Positions 48,648 through 58,520 of a stretch of 64,000 bases of DNA are shown here, piece by piece (position 1 is the first letter of the stretch; each line of letters opens with the position of its first letter). The stretch lies in NCBI GenBank assembly GCA_023380755.1, contig JAMCSD010000006.1:316735-380734 (forward strand). Reading direction: 5' to 3'. This stretch comes from Patescibacteria group bacterium (GTDB lineage Bacteria; Patescibacteriota; Microgenomatia; UBA12405). The notes beneath the pieces are model-generated. The model was given only the letters and a program-made list of their open reading frames with translations, made no database searches and had not been told where the DNA came from. A program made the position numbers and the translations under genes.

Positions 48648-51600
48648 TGGTTAAAAATGCCGTTCGCTTTTTAGGTCTATTCATCGCCCTCTTTTTAATC
48701 ATCCACCAACCTTTAGCCGAGGCCCAAAACACTGCTTCTATTGTTTTATCTGTCGATAATGGCCTTCCCAAACGGGTCGTTGAATACTCTTCTACTCAAG
48801 ATCCGCTAATTGAATATTCTGCCATCAACACCTCCGGCTCGGGGACCCTTGAAATTTATCGGGCCACTCTGGATGATTTATTAACTTACCTCACCCACGA
48901 CAGCAAGTATCAGCAGCTCCATCCTTCCGTCGATACTACCAAACTTACCCCCCTGACTTCCTTCACAGTTGACCTGAATTCTAACCGGCAAAGTAAAAGT
49001 CTGCCGCTTGATAAAAGTGGTATCTATTATTTACGCCTAAAATTGGGTGATTTAACTAGTGAAACCTTTGCCGTCCGTTCTACTTTTGGCAGTCTTGCCC
49101 GCGAAGCCAAAGATACCTTTGTCGTATGGAACCAGGATTTCACCACCCACCGGTCATTAACCTCGGGCACGGTCATGCTTTATAGTCTCAATGGCAGCGC
49201 CAATGTTGTCGGTACTGCCAGTTTCGATGGTGATGGTGTTGCCTCGCTGCCGCTGCGCGCCGATGCTGATCTGGCTGTGGTTGCCGCCAACGATTCTTTC
49301 TCGGTCATCCCTTTTAATATCAAGTCCTTGGGTAATGAGTACTTTTGGCTTTCTTACAACCAACGTGCTGCTGCCAGCCGCTATTTCCTATTTACCGACC
49401 GCCCGATTTACCGCCCCGGGGATACCGTCAAATTTAAGGCTGTTATCCGTGATGATGATGACGCCCGTTATTCCTTGCCTTCGGGACCCGTCCTGGTCAA
49501 ATTATTTAAAGATTGGAATACCGATCATCCCCTTAACTCCCAAACGCTCACTCTCGATAACTATGGTTCGGTTAACGGCACCGTCAAAATTCCGGCCGAT
49601 TATTCTTCAGGGCTTTATTCTCTCCTGCTTAGCCGATCCGGCTATGAAACCAGCGGAGATAATTATGCGGCTAATAACCAAATTTCTTTTCGCGTCGAAA
49701 ACTACCGCAAACCCGATTACACTCTCAGCGCCGTTTCCGCTACCGCCGACCTTGTTCGCGGCGATACGGCCACTGTTCAGATTAAAGGCGAATATTTTTC
49801 CGGTTATCCTCTCAAAAATGTCAAACTAACTTATAAGGTTTATGCCGCGGACTACGGTTACTTTGATGGGGAAACTTATTATCCTAACAATGGCAATTAT
49901 TATTACCATTCCTGGAGCGGCGATGTTATCAAAGAAGGCGAGGTTACTTTTAATGACCAGGGGTTAGCTACCGTCAACATTAAAACCAATGAAAATGACT
50001 CCAAAGGTCATTCTCAAAGCTTTTATATCGAATTTGATTATGCCGATGCCACCGGTAACTCTACCCTAACCGGCCTAAACGTTTTAGTTCGTGCCGGTGA
50101 ATTTGGTATATACCGCTTCGGTGACGTTTACTCCGGCAAACCCGGTGAAAAAATCAGCCTTCCCATTGTTTATAAATCTTTCCGGGACAACGTTTCTTTA
50201 GCCCATCCGCTTTCGGTCAATATTACCCGCCATTGGTGGGAAAAATATCACGATGATAATAATAAATATGACCAGTACCGGGAAAACACCGAAAATGCCG
50301 GCCAGTTTACTCTTGATGTCCCCGGCTCCGGTGAAACTCTACTCAGTTTCACTCCCTCGGCCGAAGGCAGTTACCAAGTTAAAACCTCGACTACCGACGC
50401 CCGCGGCAACTATATCGAAAAAATCTTTTATTTATGGATCAGTCAAGATGCCGCCCGTTTCGATAGCAGTTATAGTTTAGTCACTAATCTTACCATTAAC
50501 ACCGATAAAAAATCTTATCTTCCCGGCCAAACGGTTACTGCCAAAATTACCTCGGCTACTCCCGACCGCGACATTTTCTTTGCCGTTGAACGTGGTTACC
50601 AGGACCGCTATCAAATTGTTCATCTTAACGGTTCTGCCACCACTATCCAACTGCCTTTGGCCGACCACGATTTGCCCAATGTTTATTTAACTGTCCGATC
50701 TTTTGGCTCCGACCGCCTCGATGCTGACGGCCATAACGTTTCCATTTCCACTGACTCCAAAAAAGCCTTCTTCAAAATCACCACCGATAAGTCCTCTTAT
50801 GGCCCCGGCGACGAGGTCACAGCCCAGATTACTTCCACTGATCTGGCTGGAAAGCCGGTTCCGGCTACCATGGCTTTGTGGGCTGTTGACAAGGCTATCT
50901 TTGAACTCTCCGATAAGAATTACGGCAGTATTTTTGATGCCTTTTGGAGCGAGCGCTATGACGGTACCTTAGAAGACAACTCCCTAGAGGGCTTATACAA
51001 CGGCGGCGCCGAAAAAGGCGGTTGTTTCTTAGCTGGCACCAAAATCACCCTGGCTGACGGCACCTCCAAAAACATCGAAGATATTAAAATCGGTGACACA
51101 GTCCTGTCCCGGGCTGCATCGAATGGTCCCAATACTCCGCAAAAAGTTACTGCCCTGCACCACACCTCGGCTCCCGGCTACGTCATTCTCAATGGTACCC
51201 TCCGTTTAACCCCCAACCACCTATTAATGGTCAACCGCCGTTGGCAGCAGGCCGGTTCGGTGCGCGTCGGTGATCTTTTAAGCGATGTCAGCGGACAGCC
51301 GATTAAGGTTAATTCTGTCGAATGGCAAACCGGGCAGGTTCCGGTTTATAACTTTACCGTTGACGAGGCTCATACTTATTTTGCCGATTCCGTCTTGGTC
51401 CACAACGACAAAGGTGATGGTGATGCCCGGGCCCATTTTGATGATACCGCCTACTGGAACCCCACCGTGGTCACCGACAATAACGGCATTGCCACCGTCA
51501 AGTTTAAACTGCCTGACAATTTAACCACTTGGGTTATCACTACCATCGGCGCCTCCACCGACACCAAAGTCGGTGATGCCTTTACCGAAATCAAAACCTC

Positions 51601-53563
51601 CAAAGAACTGGTTATCCGGCCGGTTTTGCCTAACATCCTCCGCCTTGGTGATGAAATTCTCGTGTCGGCCTTAGTCAACAACTACACCAGCCAGGATTTA
51701 GTCGTCGATGCTTCTTTAAAGACCGACGCCGGGGAACTGGTTGAATCAAGCAATACCTCTCGGGTATCGGTCAAGGCCGGGGAATACACTGAAGTCGGTT
51801 GGAAATACAATATAAATAAAGACCAATCGACCGCCTCTTTTGACTTCATCGCCAAAGATGACGCTCATCACCAAGACGAAGTGATTACCAGTTTACCGGT
51901 CCGCCCTTTTGGCTACTGGCAGCCAACCTCGCAATTTAAAGCCGATAATCTTACTTTCCTGGTCGATAAACCCGACTCCATTGATCCCAAAAAATCTGTT
52001 TTAACCCTCGACCTCAGCTCCACCCTTTTTGGCAGTCTGCCGTCTGCCATGCGCTATTTGGTTAATTACCCTTATGGTTGTGTCGAGCAAACCACCAGCG
52101 CCTTAGTCCCCAAAATTTTAGCCCAAAAATATGCTACTCAGTTTGGGGACTCTCTACAGGATTTAACCCCCAAGCATGGTATTGACGAGGGTGTTTCCAA
52201 ACTAAAAGAATTGCAGCAGCCGGATGGCGGCTGGAGTTGGTGGCACGGCTCCTCAAATGATTTCGTCACCGCCTATGTCGTCGAAGTGCTTAATGACGCC
52301 CGGGCGGCCGGATTCACCGTGGATGATTCTTTGTTGGCTCAAGCCCAAAGCTATCTCCTCAGCGGCTACGACAGTCTTCCGGTCGAGGCCAAGGTCACCC
52401 GGGCTTACGGCTTATCTTTTTACGGCTCTGGCAGCCAAAAAATTATTGATCAGGATCTTGGTAAACTGCCCGATGACTTACTGAGTCTCGCTGTGATTAC
52501 TAACTTAAAGAATGGTCTTCAAGACTCTCAGCGCAACGGTCTTAGTCTGCTTCTTTCCCGGGCCAAAAGAACCGATACTACCCTTTACTGGTCTGCCAGT
52601 TCGGTCGACAAATTCGGTTCTGCTGATGCCTCCACTGCTTTGGCCATTCGCGCCCTGACTTTGGCCGGAAACCATGACCAGGACATCGCCTCGGCTCTTA
52701 ACTATTTGGTTCGACACCGCAGTTTTGATTATTGGTCCAACACCTTTGCCACCTCTGAAGTGCTTAAAGCAGTCTTGGGCTACCAGCGGACGCTAACACC
52801 GGCGACCAATTATACTGTCACCCTCGATGGCCGCCAGATTTCCACTGGCAGTTTTTCGGCTACCAAAACCAGTGTAACTGTTACCTTAGATCCCTCCCAA
52901 GTGAAGCCGGGTAGCCGGTTGCTCGTTAGCAAGTCTGGGACCGATCCGCTTTACGCTACATTCAACCAAAAATGGTGGGTCAACTCGCGTGAAGCAGCCA
53001 GCGTCAATCACGGTTTTGCCATCACCAAAAAATATGAAAACGCCAAAGGCGCCAATTACAACCTCTCCCCCGGCGACTTGGTTAAAGTCACTTTAACCAT
53101 TAATCCCGCCGATTCCAGTCTGGTGGATTATGGGGTCATCGAAGACCATCTCCCGTCCGGACTGGTGCCGGTTATCACCACCCTAAAAAATTCGACGCAA
53201 GACCTTCAGGCCAACACCTGGGCTAACGAATACACCGAAAACGGCGTCCAAATTCCCTTTTATCAGTCCACTACCTCTTATACCTATTACGCCCGGGTGG
53301 TCAATCCCGGTAATTTTATTGCCCCGCCCGCCTTTGTCACCCTGATGTATCATCCTGAAGTTTGGGGCCGGTCCGCCTTTGTTCCGGTAACTGTCGATAC
53401 CAACATCCACCTCTCACCCTTAAGCTCCTTAGGGCCCATCACCCGCCAACTTAATTATCAGCAACTTTTAATTACTGTTGCGGTCCTGCTGGCCGCGCTA
53501 CTCTTAATCAGTGTTATCCTCATTGGCCGCCATCGGGCTCCGCCTCTACCTCCTACTGCTTAG
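48647..53563 (+). CDS. alpha-2-macroglobulin with Hint domain in the bait region and C-terminal TM anchor
   Basis: FTDRPIYRPG (MG2), VENYRKP, W.VDK, R..F.DTAYW.P, LPDNLTTW, thioester YPYGCVEQ, Q..DGGW.WW, TQ-like WSNTF, D.LPSG; signal peptide; C-terminal TM. Confidence 0.95.
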   Translation: MVKNAVRFLGLFIALFLIIHQPLAEAQNTASIVLSVDNGLPKRVVEYSSTQDPLIEYSAINTSGSGTLEIYRATLDDLLTYLTHDSKYQQLHPSVDTTKLTPLTSFTVDLNSNRQSKSLPLDKSGIYYLRLKLGDLTSETFAVRSTFGSLAREAKDTFVVWNQDFTTHRSLTSGTVMLYSLNGSANVVGTASFDGDGVASLPLRADADLAVVAANDSFSVIPFNIKSLGNEYFWLSYNQRAAASRYFLFTDRPIYRPGDTVKFKAVIRDDDDARYSLPSGPVLVKLFKDWNTDHPLNSQTLTLDNYGSVNGTVKIPADYSSGLYSLLLSRSGYETSGDNYAANNQISFRVENYRKPDYTLSAVSATADLVRGDTATVQIKGEYFSGYPLKNVKLTYKVYAADYGYFDGETYYPNNGNYYYHSWSGDVIKEGEVTFNDQGLATVNIKTNENDSKGHSQSFYIEFDYADATGNSTLTGLNVLVRAGEFGIYRFGDVYSGKPGEKISLPIVYKSFRDNVSLAHPLSVNITRHWWEKYHDDNNKYDQYRENTENAGQFTLDVPGSGETLLSFTPSAEGSYQVKTSTTDARGNYIEKIFYLWISQDAARFDSSYSLVTNLTINTDKKSYLPGQTVTAKITSATPDRDIFFAVERGYQDRYQIVHLNGSATTIQLPLADHDLPNVYLTVRSFGSDRLDADGHNVSISTDSKKAFFKITTDKSSYGPGDEVTAQITSTDLAGKPVPATMALWAVDKAIFELSDKNYGSIFDAFWSERYDGTLEDNSLEGLYNGGAEKGGCFLAGTKITLADGTSKNIEDIKIGDTVLSRAASNGPNTPQKVTALHHTSAPGYVILNGTLRLTPNHLLMVNRRWQQAGSVRVGDLLSDVSGQPIKVNSVEWQTGQVPVYNFTVDEAHTYFADSVLVHNDKGDGDARAHFDDTAYWNPTVVTDNNGIATVKFKLPDNLTTWVITTIGASTDTKVGDAFTEIKTSKELVIRPVLPNILRLGDEILVSALVNNYTSQDLVVDASLKTDAGELVESSNTSRVSVKAGEYTEVGWKYNINKDQSTASFDFIAKDDAHHQDEVITSLPVRPFGYWQPTSQFKADNLTFLVDKPDSIDPKKSVLTLDLSSTLFGSLPSAMRYLVNYPYGCVEQTTSALVPKILAQKYATQFGDSLQDLTPKHGIDEGVSKLKELQQPDGGWSWWHGSSNDFVTAYVVEVLNDARAAGFTVDDSLLAQAQSYLLSGYDSLPVEAKVTRAYGLSFYGSGSQKIIDQDLGKLPDDLLSLAVITNLKNGLQDSQRNGLSLLLSRAKRTDTTLYWSASSVDKFGSADASTALAIRALTLAGNHDQDIASALNYLVRHRSFDYWSNTFATSEVLKAVLGYQRTLTPATNYTVTLDGRQISTGSFSATKTSVTVTLDPSQVKPGSRLLVSKSGTDPLYATFNQKWWVNSREAASVNHGFAITKKYENAKGANYNLSPGDLVKVTLTINPADSSLVDYGVIEDHLPSGLVPVITTLKNSTQDLQANTWANEYTENGVQIPFYQSTTSYTYYARVVNPGNFIAPPAFVTLMYHPEVWGRSAFVPVTVDTNIHLSPLSSLGPITRQLNYQQLLITVAVLLAALLLISVILIGRHRAPPLPPTA
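51023..51406 (+). other. Hint / bacterial intein-like domain (128 aa, residues 793-920 of the A2M)
   Basis: Block A CFLAGT.I, IEDIKIGD.V, block B LTPNH, block F VYNFTV, HTYFAD, block G VLVHN; next residue Asp; no homing endonuclease. Confidence 0.93.
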
Positions 53564-54266
53564 CTTTTTAGGTTTAAACCAAGCACTGCCTCAAACTGTT
53601 ATCCGGGGTGCCGTTATCCCTCATCATGAAGTGGCCGTTGAATTCATCAGGGATCTTGGTCGCCGCTTGGCTCCCCAATCACCGCCTCGGATTTTTATTA
53701 TTAGCCCCAATCACCAGGAAATTGGCCTTGGCCCGGTCTTAACTGACCAGCCGCTTTTTGCTGATGTCGCCCGAGTCGACCCGGCGACCATTGCCCAAGA
53801 ACATGGTTATCAGGTTCCCAAAAAAATTCTCTCGGAATTTCTTCCCCACACCCAATTCATACCCCTGGTCGTCAGTTCCCACCTTGACTCGGCGACTCAA
53901 GACCAATTAGTCCAAGAATTATCTTTAACCTTAGCTGAACGGGATGTACTGGTGACCTCCACTGATTTTTCCCATTACCGGAACCTAGCCACTGCCGATG
54001 CCAAAGACCAGGTTACCCAAAAGCTGATTCAGGACCGCAATTACGCCGAAATCCTGAAATTAAACAATGACTACCTTGATTCTCCCCGTTCCTTAGAAAT
54101 TCTTATGAAGACTATGGCAACCAAGGGAATCACTACCCCGGACTTTGTGAATCATAGCAATTCCGCCATCATATCGGCGGACCCTGGTTCGTTATCGACC
54201 ACCAGCTATTTTGAAATTTTGTACCGGGCTAATTTAGGTACTTCCGCAAAAACCCTAAGCTTTTAA
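53511..54266 (+). CDS. MEMO1 / AmmeMemoRadiSam protein B-like, N-terminal hydrophobic segment
   Basis: PHH, SPNH, EH, STDFSHY, A..KD, TTSY. Confidence 0.85.
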   Translation: MLSSLAAIGLRLYLLLLSFLGLNQALPQTVIRGAVIPHHEVAVEFIRDLGRRLAPQSPPRIFIISPNHQEIGLGPVLTDQPLFADVARVDPATIAQEHGYQVPKKILSEFLPHTQFIPLVVSSHLDSATQDQLVQELSLTLAERDVLVTSTDFSHYRNLATADAKDQVTQKLIQDRNYAEILKLNNDYLDSPRSLEILMKTMATKGITTPDFVNHSNSAIISADPGSLSTTSYFEILYRANLGTSAKTLSF

Positions 54267-54960
54267 CCCAGGCTCTTTGGGCGGCCTCGGGGTTATATGT
54301 CGCTGGATTATTTTCATTAAAAAAAGCATGACCGGTATCAGGATATACCACCGCCTCAAAATTAATATGGTACTTATTCATGGCCCCCGATAGGGCTTCT
54401 AAGCGCTTCATTAGTGCCGTATCCTCGGTCCCGTAGAAGGCCAGTACCGGGCATTTAATATTTTTTACCTGGGAAAGGGGAGTTGGGGCATATCCGTAAA
54501 ATGGCACCGCGGCTTTTAAAAGCGGTTGCTTCACCGCCAGGTTAAAACAACAACTACCGCCAAAGCAAAAGCCCATGACGCCGATCTTGTCATTTACCTC
54601 TGGCAGGGACATTAAATAGTGGAAACATTTATTTAGCTTCCGCCTGATCTTATTAGAAAAATTCACCGTGCTGCTGTATTCAATTGCCCCCCGTAGTTTT
54701 TTTTGCGCTTCACTCCGGTCGCTGGTTTCATTGAGCTCCTTCGTTACTTCCGGCCCTACCAATCTAGCCATCTTCGTTCCATAAAGCAGATCCGGAGCCA
54801 ACACCACGAAGTTTTCTCGGGCTAACCTCATGGCAGTTGCCTTTATTTGCTCGTTTAAACCCCAAATTTCATGGACCAAAATTATGCCGGGGACCTTTTT
54901 AGCGGTCTCCGGAATCTCCAATATCGCGGGCATTCCATCAACTAATACTTGGGCAGTCAT
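54229..54960 (-). CDS. dienelactone hydrolase family protein
   Basis: HEIWGL, APDL, GFCFGG, YG.ED, HAF.N. Confidence 0.95.
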   Translation of the reverse strand: MTAQVLVDGMPAILEIPETAKKVPGIILVHEIWGLNEQIKATAMRLARENFVVLAPDLLYGTKMARLVGPEVTKELNETSDRSEAQKKLRGAIEYSSTVNFSNKIRRKLNKCFHYLMSLPEVNDKIGVMGFCFGGSCCFNLAVKQPLLKAAVPFYGYAPTPLSQVKNIKCPVLAFYGTEDTALMKRLEALSGAMNKYHINFEAVVYPDTGHAFFNENNPATYNPEAAQRAWVKSLGFLRKYLN

Positions 54961-54993
54961 AGTTCAGTATAGCAATTTTTTGTATAATTAAAC

Positions 54994-55254
54994 ATGCCCA
55001 CAGTTTTGCTGAAAGAAAATTGGGAGGTCAAAGATGAGCGCCTAATACTCGATTCAGTCTATCCGGATTTTATGGCAGTGATCGCCGCGGTTAACCAGAT
55101 TGCCGCTATCGCCCAGGAGCTCAATCACCATCCGGACTTATTGGTTCACGATTACAAACAATTGAGGATCACTATTTACAGTCACGACTCTGACACTCTC
55201 ACGGACCGTGATTACCAGTTAGCCCAAAAGATCGAGCAGGCTCTGTTTCCTTAG
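54994..55254 (+). CDS. phhB: pterin-4a-carbinolamine dehydratase
   Basis: A...NHHPD, SHD...LT..D..LA..I. Confidence 0.9.
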   Translation: MPTVLLKENWEVKDERLILDSVYPDFMAVIAAVNQIAAIAQELNHHPDLLVHDYKQLRITIYSHDSDTLTDRDYQLAQKIEQALFP

Positions 55255-55583
55255 GATTTTTGGTCAACCGATTCCAAAAATATCCGCTTGGAAAACCCAC
55301 CCCGTTTCAGCCGTTTCTCCACTCTCCGGGTTTCGATATCGGCCATCGATAAGCCGTGAGCTTCGGCTGTCGCCCGGACCAGCTCGAGAATATCAGCCAA
55401 TTCATCGGCCAAAACTTCCACCGATGCCGCTTTGACTTCCTCGGCCTCTTCCACCAACTTTTGCCCCAGCTGTCTCCTAAATTCCTCCTTTTCCAAGGTT
55501 CGGATATGAGGTATTTTCCGGTCTTTGGTAATAATTTCCGGAATCCGGTCCCTCACTAGCTTGTTGTATACAATTGTTTCCAT
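55251..55583 (-). CDS. MazG-like NTP pyrophosphohydrolase (PRA-PH superfamily)
   Basis: YNKLVRDRIP, KL.EE..E, ELADILE, KR.KRGGF. Confidence 0.9.
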   Translation of the reverse strand: METIVYNKLVRDRIPEIITKDRKIPHIRTLEKEEFRRQLGQKLVEEAEEVKAASVEVLADELADILELVRATAEAHGLSMADIETRRVEKRLKRGGFSKRIFLESVDQKS

Positions 55584-55680
55584 ACCAAATTATAGCCCAT
55601 AGTATCCACAAAATAAAAGTATACTATCCCCGGAAATTACCGCGACTATAGCCTTCCTGCCAATCATATGCTTACTAATT

Positions 55681-55914
55681 CTATTTCCCGCTCGTCATCT
55701 TCCACAGCGTTCCCGCTGCCGTTAGTAAACAGGCGCCGTTTAAAGCCGCCAAAATTTCCAAATGGCTGTTTAGGCCATCGATTACCAATAATATTACTCC
55801 CGTAATGTACCCCACCAAAAAAGTCTTTTCTAAGCCTTTATGCTTCGGTTTGATGCTCATAAATTGGTAAAACCAAGCCACGGCAATAATCAACAGTCCG
55901 AGTACCGACAGCAT
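55681..55914 (-). CDS. small 3-TM membrane protein
   Basis: GL..I..AW..Q, F..GY..GV.LL. Confidence 0.7.
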   Translation of the reverse strand: MLSVLGLLIIAVAWFYQFMSIKPKHKGLEKTFLVGYITGVILLVIDGLNSHLEILAALNGACLLTAAGTLWKMTSGK

Positions 55915-56097
55915 AATTTAATTAATGGTTAATACTTCAGTATGCTCGGTTTTCCGCCTCTTTGCAACGCTAAATTTATCCCGATTGCCTTTCTTGTGGT
56001 AAGATATCGCGTCTAAGGATTTTCAGGCAATTTGCGCCTAAATAAGCCTTTCGTACCTTAATAACTTACGACAAATTTTAAAAAAAGGAGTTTTACC

Positions 56098-57852
56098 ATG
56101 GAACCGGCTGAACAAGCCCATCTGATTGCCTCGCTCGAACTGTATTTAGGCATTGCTATCGCCGTCATCATCGTGCTCGCCTTCTTGCTTTATCGCCGTC
56201 GTCATGTCGCCTCTAATCCCTCCACTTCCTCTCAACCCTGGGACCCGGCTCCGGCTCCCGCCGAACCCGAGCCAAACATTCATTTAGGTGAGAATTTTTA
56301 CACCCATGTCGACCAGCTGATCATCAAAGAGCTGCGAGCTAATCTTCAAGTTATCGTTGAGCCCGAACGGACCGACAATGTCGCCGTGTCTATCGAAGGC
56401 CCCAAGAGTGCTGTGGAAGCTTTAAAGCTTAACCAAAACGGCGGTCAACTAACCGTTTCTTCTCCGGTACCGAATCTTCGTGATATCTCTATCCATGCAG
56501 GCATCTCCATTAGCGACCTTCGGGTTAGCATCGGCCGTGGCTATTTCACCCGGCTTCCGGATATTACTATTCGTTTGTCACCCAACGTTAAACTCTCTTT
56601 GTCCCAAACAGAAGGCACTGCCAATATCGGCGACCTTGGTAACGAAGTTAGGATTAACTGGGAGTCTGATGATCCTCTGGTCTTGGGCAATATCACTCAT
56701 CTCAAGTTGACCACTGAAAGTGATGGTTCCGTCCAGGTCGGGCAGGTTAGCTCTTTCTTCGCTCTCGAGTCCAATGGTAATGGTGATGTCACCGTCGTTT
56801 CTCTCGACACCCCCCACACTCCCGTCGAAATCACCCTCAATGATGACGGCTCGTTTAACGTCGGGCACATTGCCGCCGACTCCCTTAAGGTGACTCTCAA
56901 CAGTAACGGTAGCTGCCACACTGATTCTGTAGAGACTCCCGCGGGTGTTGTTTACGTGGCTATTAATGACGATGGTAACTGTGAGTTGGGTGATGTTCGT
57001 TGCCTGTCCTTTGGCTATAACTGTCAAGGTGATGGTAATTTAACCACTAAGTCAATAACCGGCGCCGAAGGTATCGAGTTGGTGTTGGCTGATGATGGTA
57101 ATTTCCAATCCGGTTTGATCGCTGGCGGGTATTTGACCATCGATTCTAGTGCTTACGGAGAAATCAATATTGAATCAGTTTCGGTTTCCGGTTTTATCAC
57201 TGTCTCCGTTAACGAGATCTCCTGTGATCTGGGTACTGTCGCCTGTGAATCGTTTTCCTTGGTTTCCGAGGGTGATGGTGACATCAATCTTCAGTCATTA
57301 ACTGCCAACGGCAATGTTAATATCACCCTCAAGGACGATGCCAATTGTCGCCTCGGTTCCCTGACCGCCGGCTCGGTAAAGTTCGCCTCTATTGGCGATG
57401 GCGATCTCTTCGCCACCTCCATTAGTACCCGGATTGGTGAAGTCCACATGACTTTAAGCGACGATGGTGGAGCTACTGTCGGCTCAGTCATTAGTTCGGC
57501 CTTACGCTTGATACTCACCGGTGATGGCGCCGCCAGTTTCGACTCACTAAACTGCCACGTTCTTAATTTCGAAGTCAACGACGACGGTGGAGTCAAAATT
57601 ATCAAGACCACCGCCTACACTGTCGACATCAAGATGAACGGCTATGGCGACATCGACCTTGGCTCTGGGGAGGTCGCCAACGATCTTCGGGTGGCCAATG
57701 ATGCTGATGCTAACTTTAACTTCGACGGTACTGCCCAAAATGCCCATTTAACCACTCAGAGTGGCGGCAGTATCTTTGTCCATCAGGTCACTAATACGCC
57801 TTTAATGAGACGCCGCGGTGATGGAGAAATTACGGTAGCCAATTGGTCCTAA
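56098..57852 (+). CDS. TM-anchored beta-solenoid protein (GIN/DUF2807-like)
   Basis: About 20-aa periodic hxhxxDG/xGxhxh repeats; N-terminal TM; SD AAGGAG. Confidence 0.78.
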   Translation: MEPAEQAHLIASLELYLGIAIAVIIVLAFLLYRRRHVASNPSTSSQPWDPAPAPAEPEPNIHLGENFYTHVDQLIIKELRANLQVIVEPERTDNVAVSIEGPKSAVEALKLNQNGGQLTVSSPVPNLRDISIHAGISISDLRVSIGRGYFTRLPDITIRLSPNVKLSLSQTEGTANIGDLGNEVRINWESDDPLVLGNITHLKLTTESDGSVQVGQVSSFFALESNGNGDVTVVSLDTPHTPVEITLNDDGSFNVGHIAADSLKVTLNSNGSCHTDSVETPAGVVYVAINDDGNCELGDVRCLSFGYNCQGDGNLTTKSITGAEGIELVLADDGNFQSGLIAGGYLTIDSSAYGEINIESVSVSGFITVSVNEISCDLGTVACESFSLVSEGDGDINLQSLTANGNVNITLKDDANCRLGSLTAGSVKFASIGDGDLFATSISTRIGEVHMTLSDDGGATVGSVISSALRLILTGDGAASFDSLNCHVLNFEVNDDGGVKIIKTTAYTVDIKMNGYGDIDLGSGEVANDLRVANDADANFNFDGTAQNAHLTTQSGGSIFVHQVTNTPLMRRRGDGEITVANWS

Positions 57853-57877
57853 AAATTTTGTCGTTAGTTAAATACGC

Positions 57878-57921
57878 GCCCTCGCTTGACTGGATTTACC
57901 CACAAAAGCGAGGGCTTTTTT
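57878..57921. terminator. terminator between convergent genes
   Basis: GCCCTCGCTT...AAGCGAGGGC then T run. Confidence 0.8.
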
Positions 57922-58520
57922 TACTTGGTTTTCAACAGAATATCACCTGGTAAGAATGGTTTGAAATTTCCCATCCGGCATCTAATAACTTTATCCCACC
58001 CGTTTACCTTCATATTTCGTAGGACCGTTTCTGGTTCCTTTTCAAGCTTCTTGACCTCCTCTGCATTCATTACTCGGCCACCATAATAAAACATAGGAGA
58101 TACATTTAATCGGTCGCTCTTTAGCCTTATACCCACAACTTCCAAAGACTTAACATCAAAGAATCGGAATGCATAGACACCTTCTGGTACCTCAACCTCG
58201 TACTCATCCCGGTTAGTTACTTCTTTGGTAGTATGTTCGTCGAAAAATACCCCAACGTAATAAAATTCCACATAAGATCGCGTCGTGCAGGGTTCATAAA
58301 GTTCATTGGCCTCCGCCAACAGTTCGACTCCTTCAGCATAACTCCTTTTACTGCCTTGCTGCGAAATTACGTCTAATTTTATATAAACGCCTGTAGTTCC
58401 CGGATCACCGACAACAGTGGCTGTCGCCTCGACGCGGTAGTCATACATGCCCGCTTTATATAGAACTCGATCGCCATTTTTAAGTTTCCTCAGTCCTTCG
58501 TACCCGACTTGGCTGTTCAC
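57921..58520 (-). CDS. phage-like hypothetical protein
   Basis: YVEF.Y.G.FF, AFRFFD, SP..Y.GG, NM..NGW...I.CR.GN pattern recalled from phage hypotheticals; SD AGGAGG before GTG. Confidence 0.72.
   Translation of the reverse strand: MNSQVGYEGLRKLKNGDRVLYKAGMYDYRVEATATVVGDPGTTGVYIKLDVISQQGSKRSYAEGVELLAEANELYEPCTTRSYVEFYYVGVFFDEHTTKEVTNRDEYEVEVPEGVYAFRFFDVKSLEVVGIRLKSDRLNVSPMFYYGGRVMNAEEVKKLEKEPETVLRNMKVNGWDKVIRCRMGNFKPFLPGDILLKTK

Noticed and set aside
51023..51406. Classical splicing intein or mobile element
   Set aside because: No homing endonuclease, and the +1 residue is Asp rather than Cys/Ser/Thr; treated as a cleaving Hint domain
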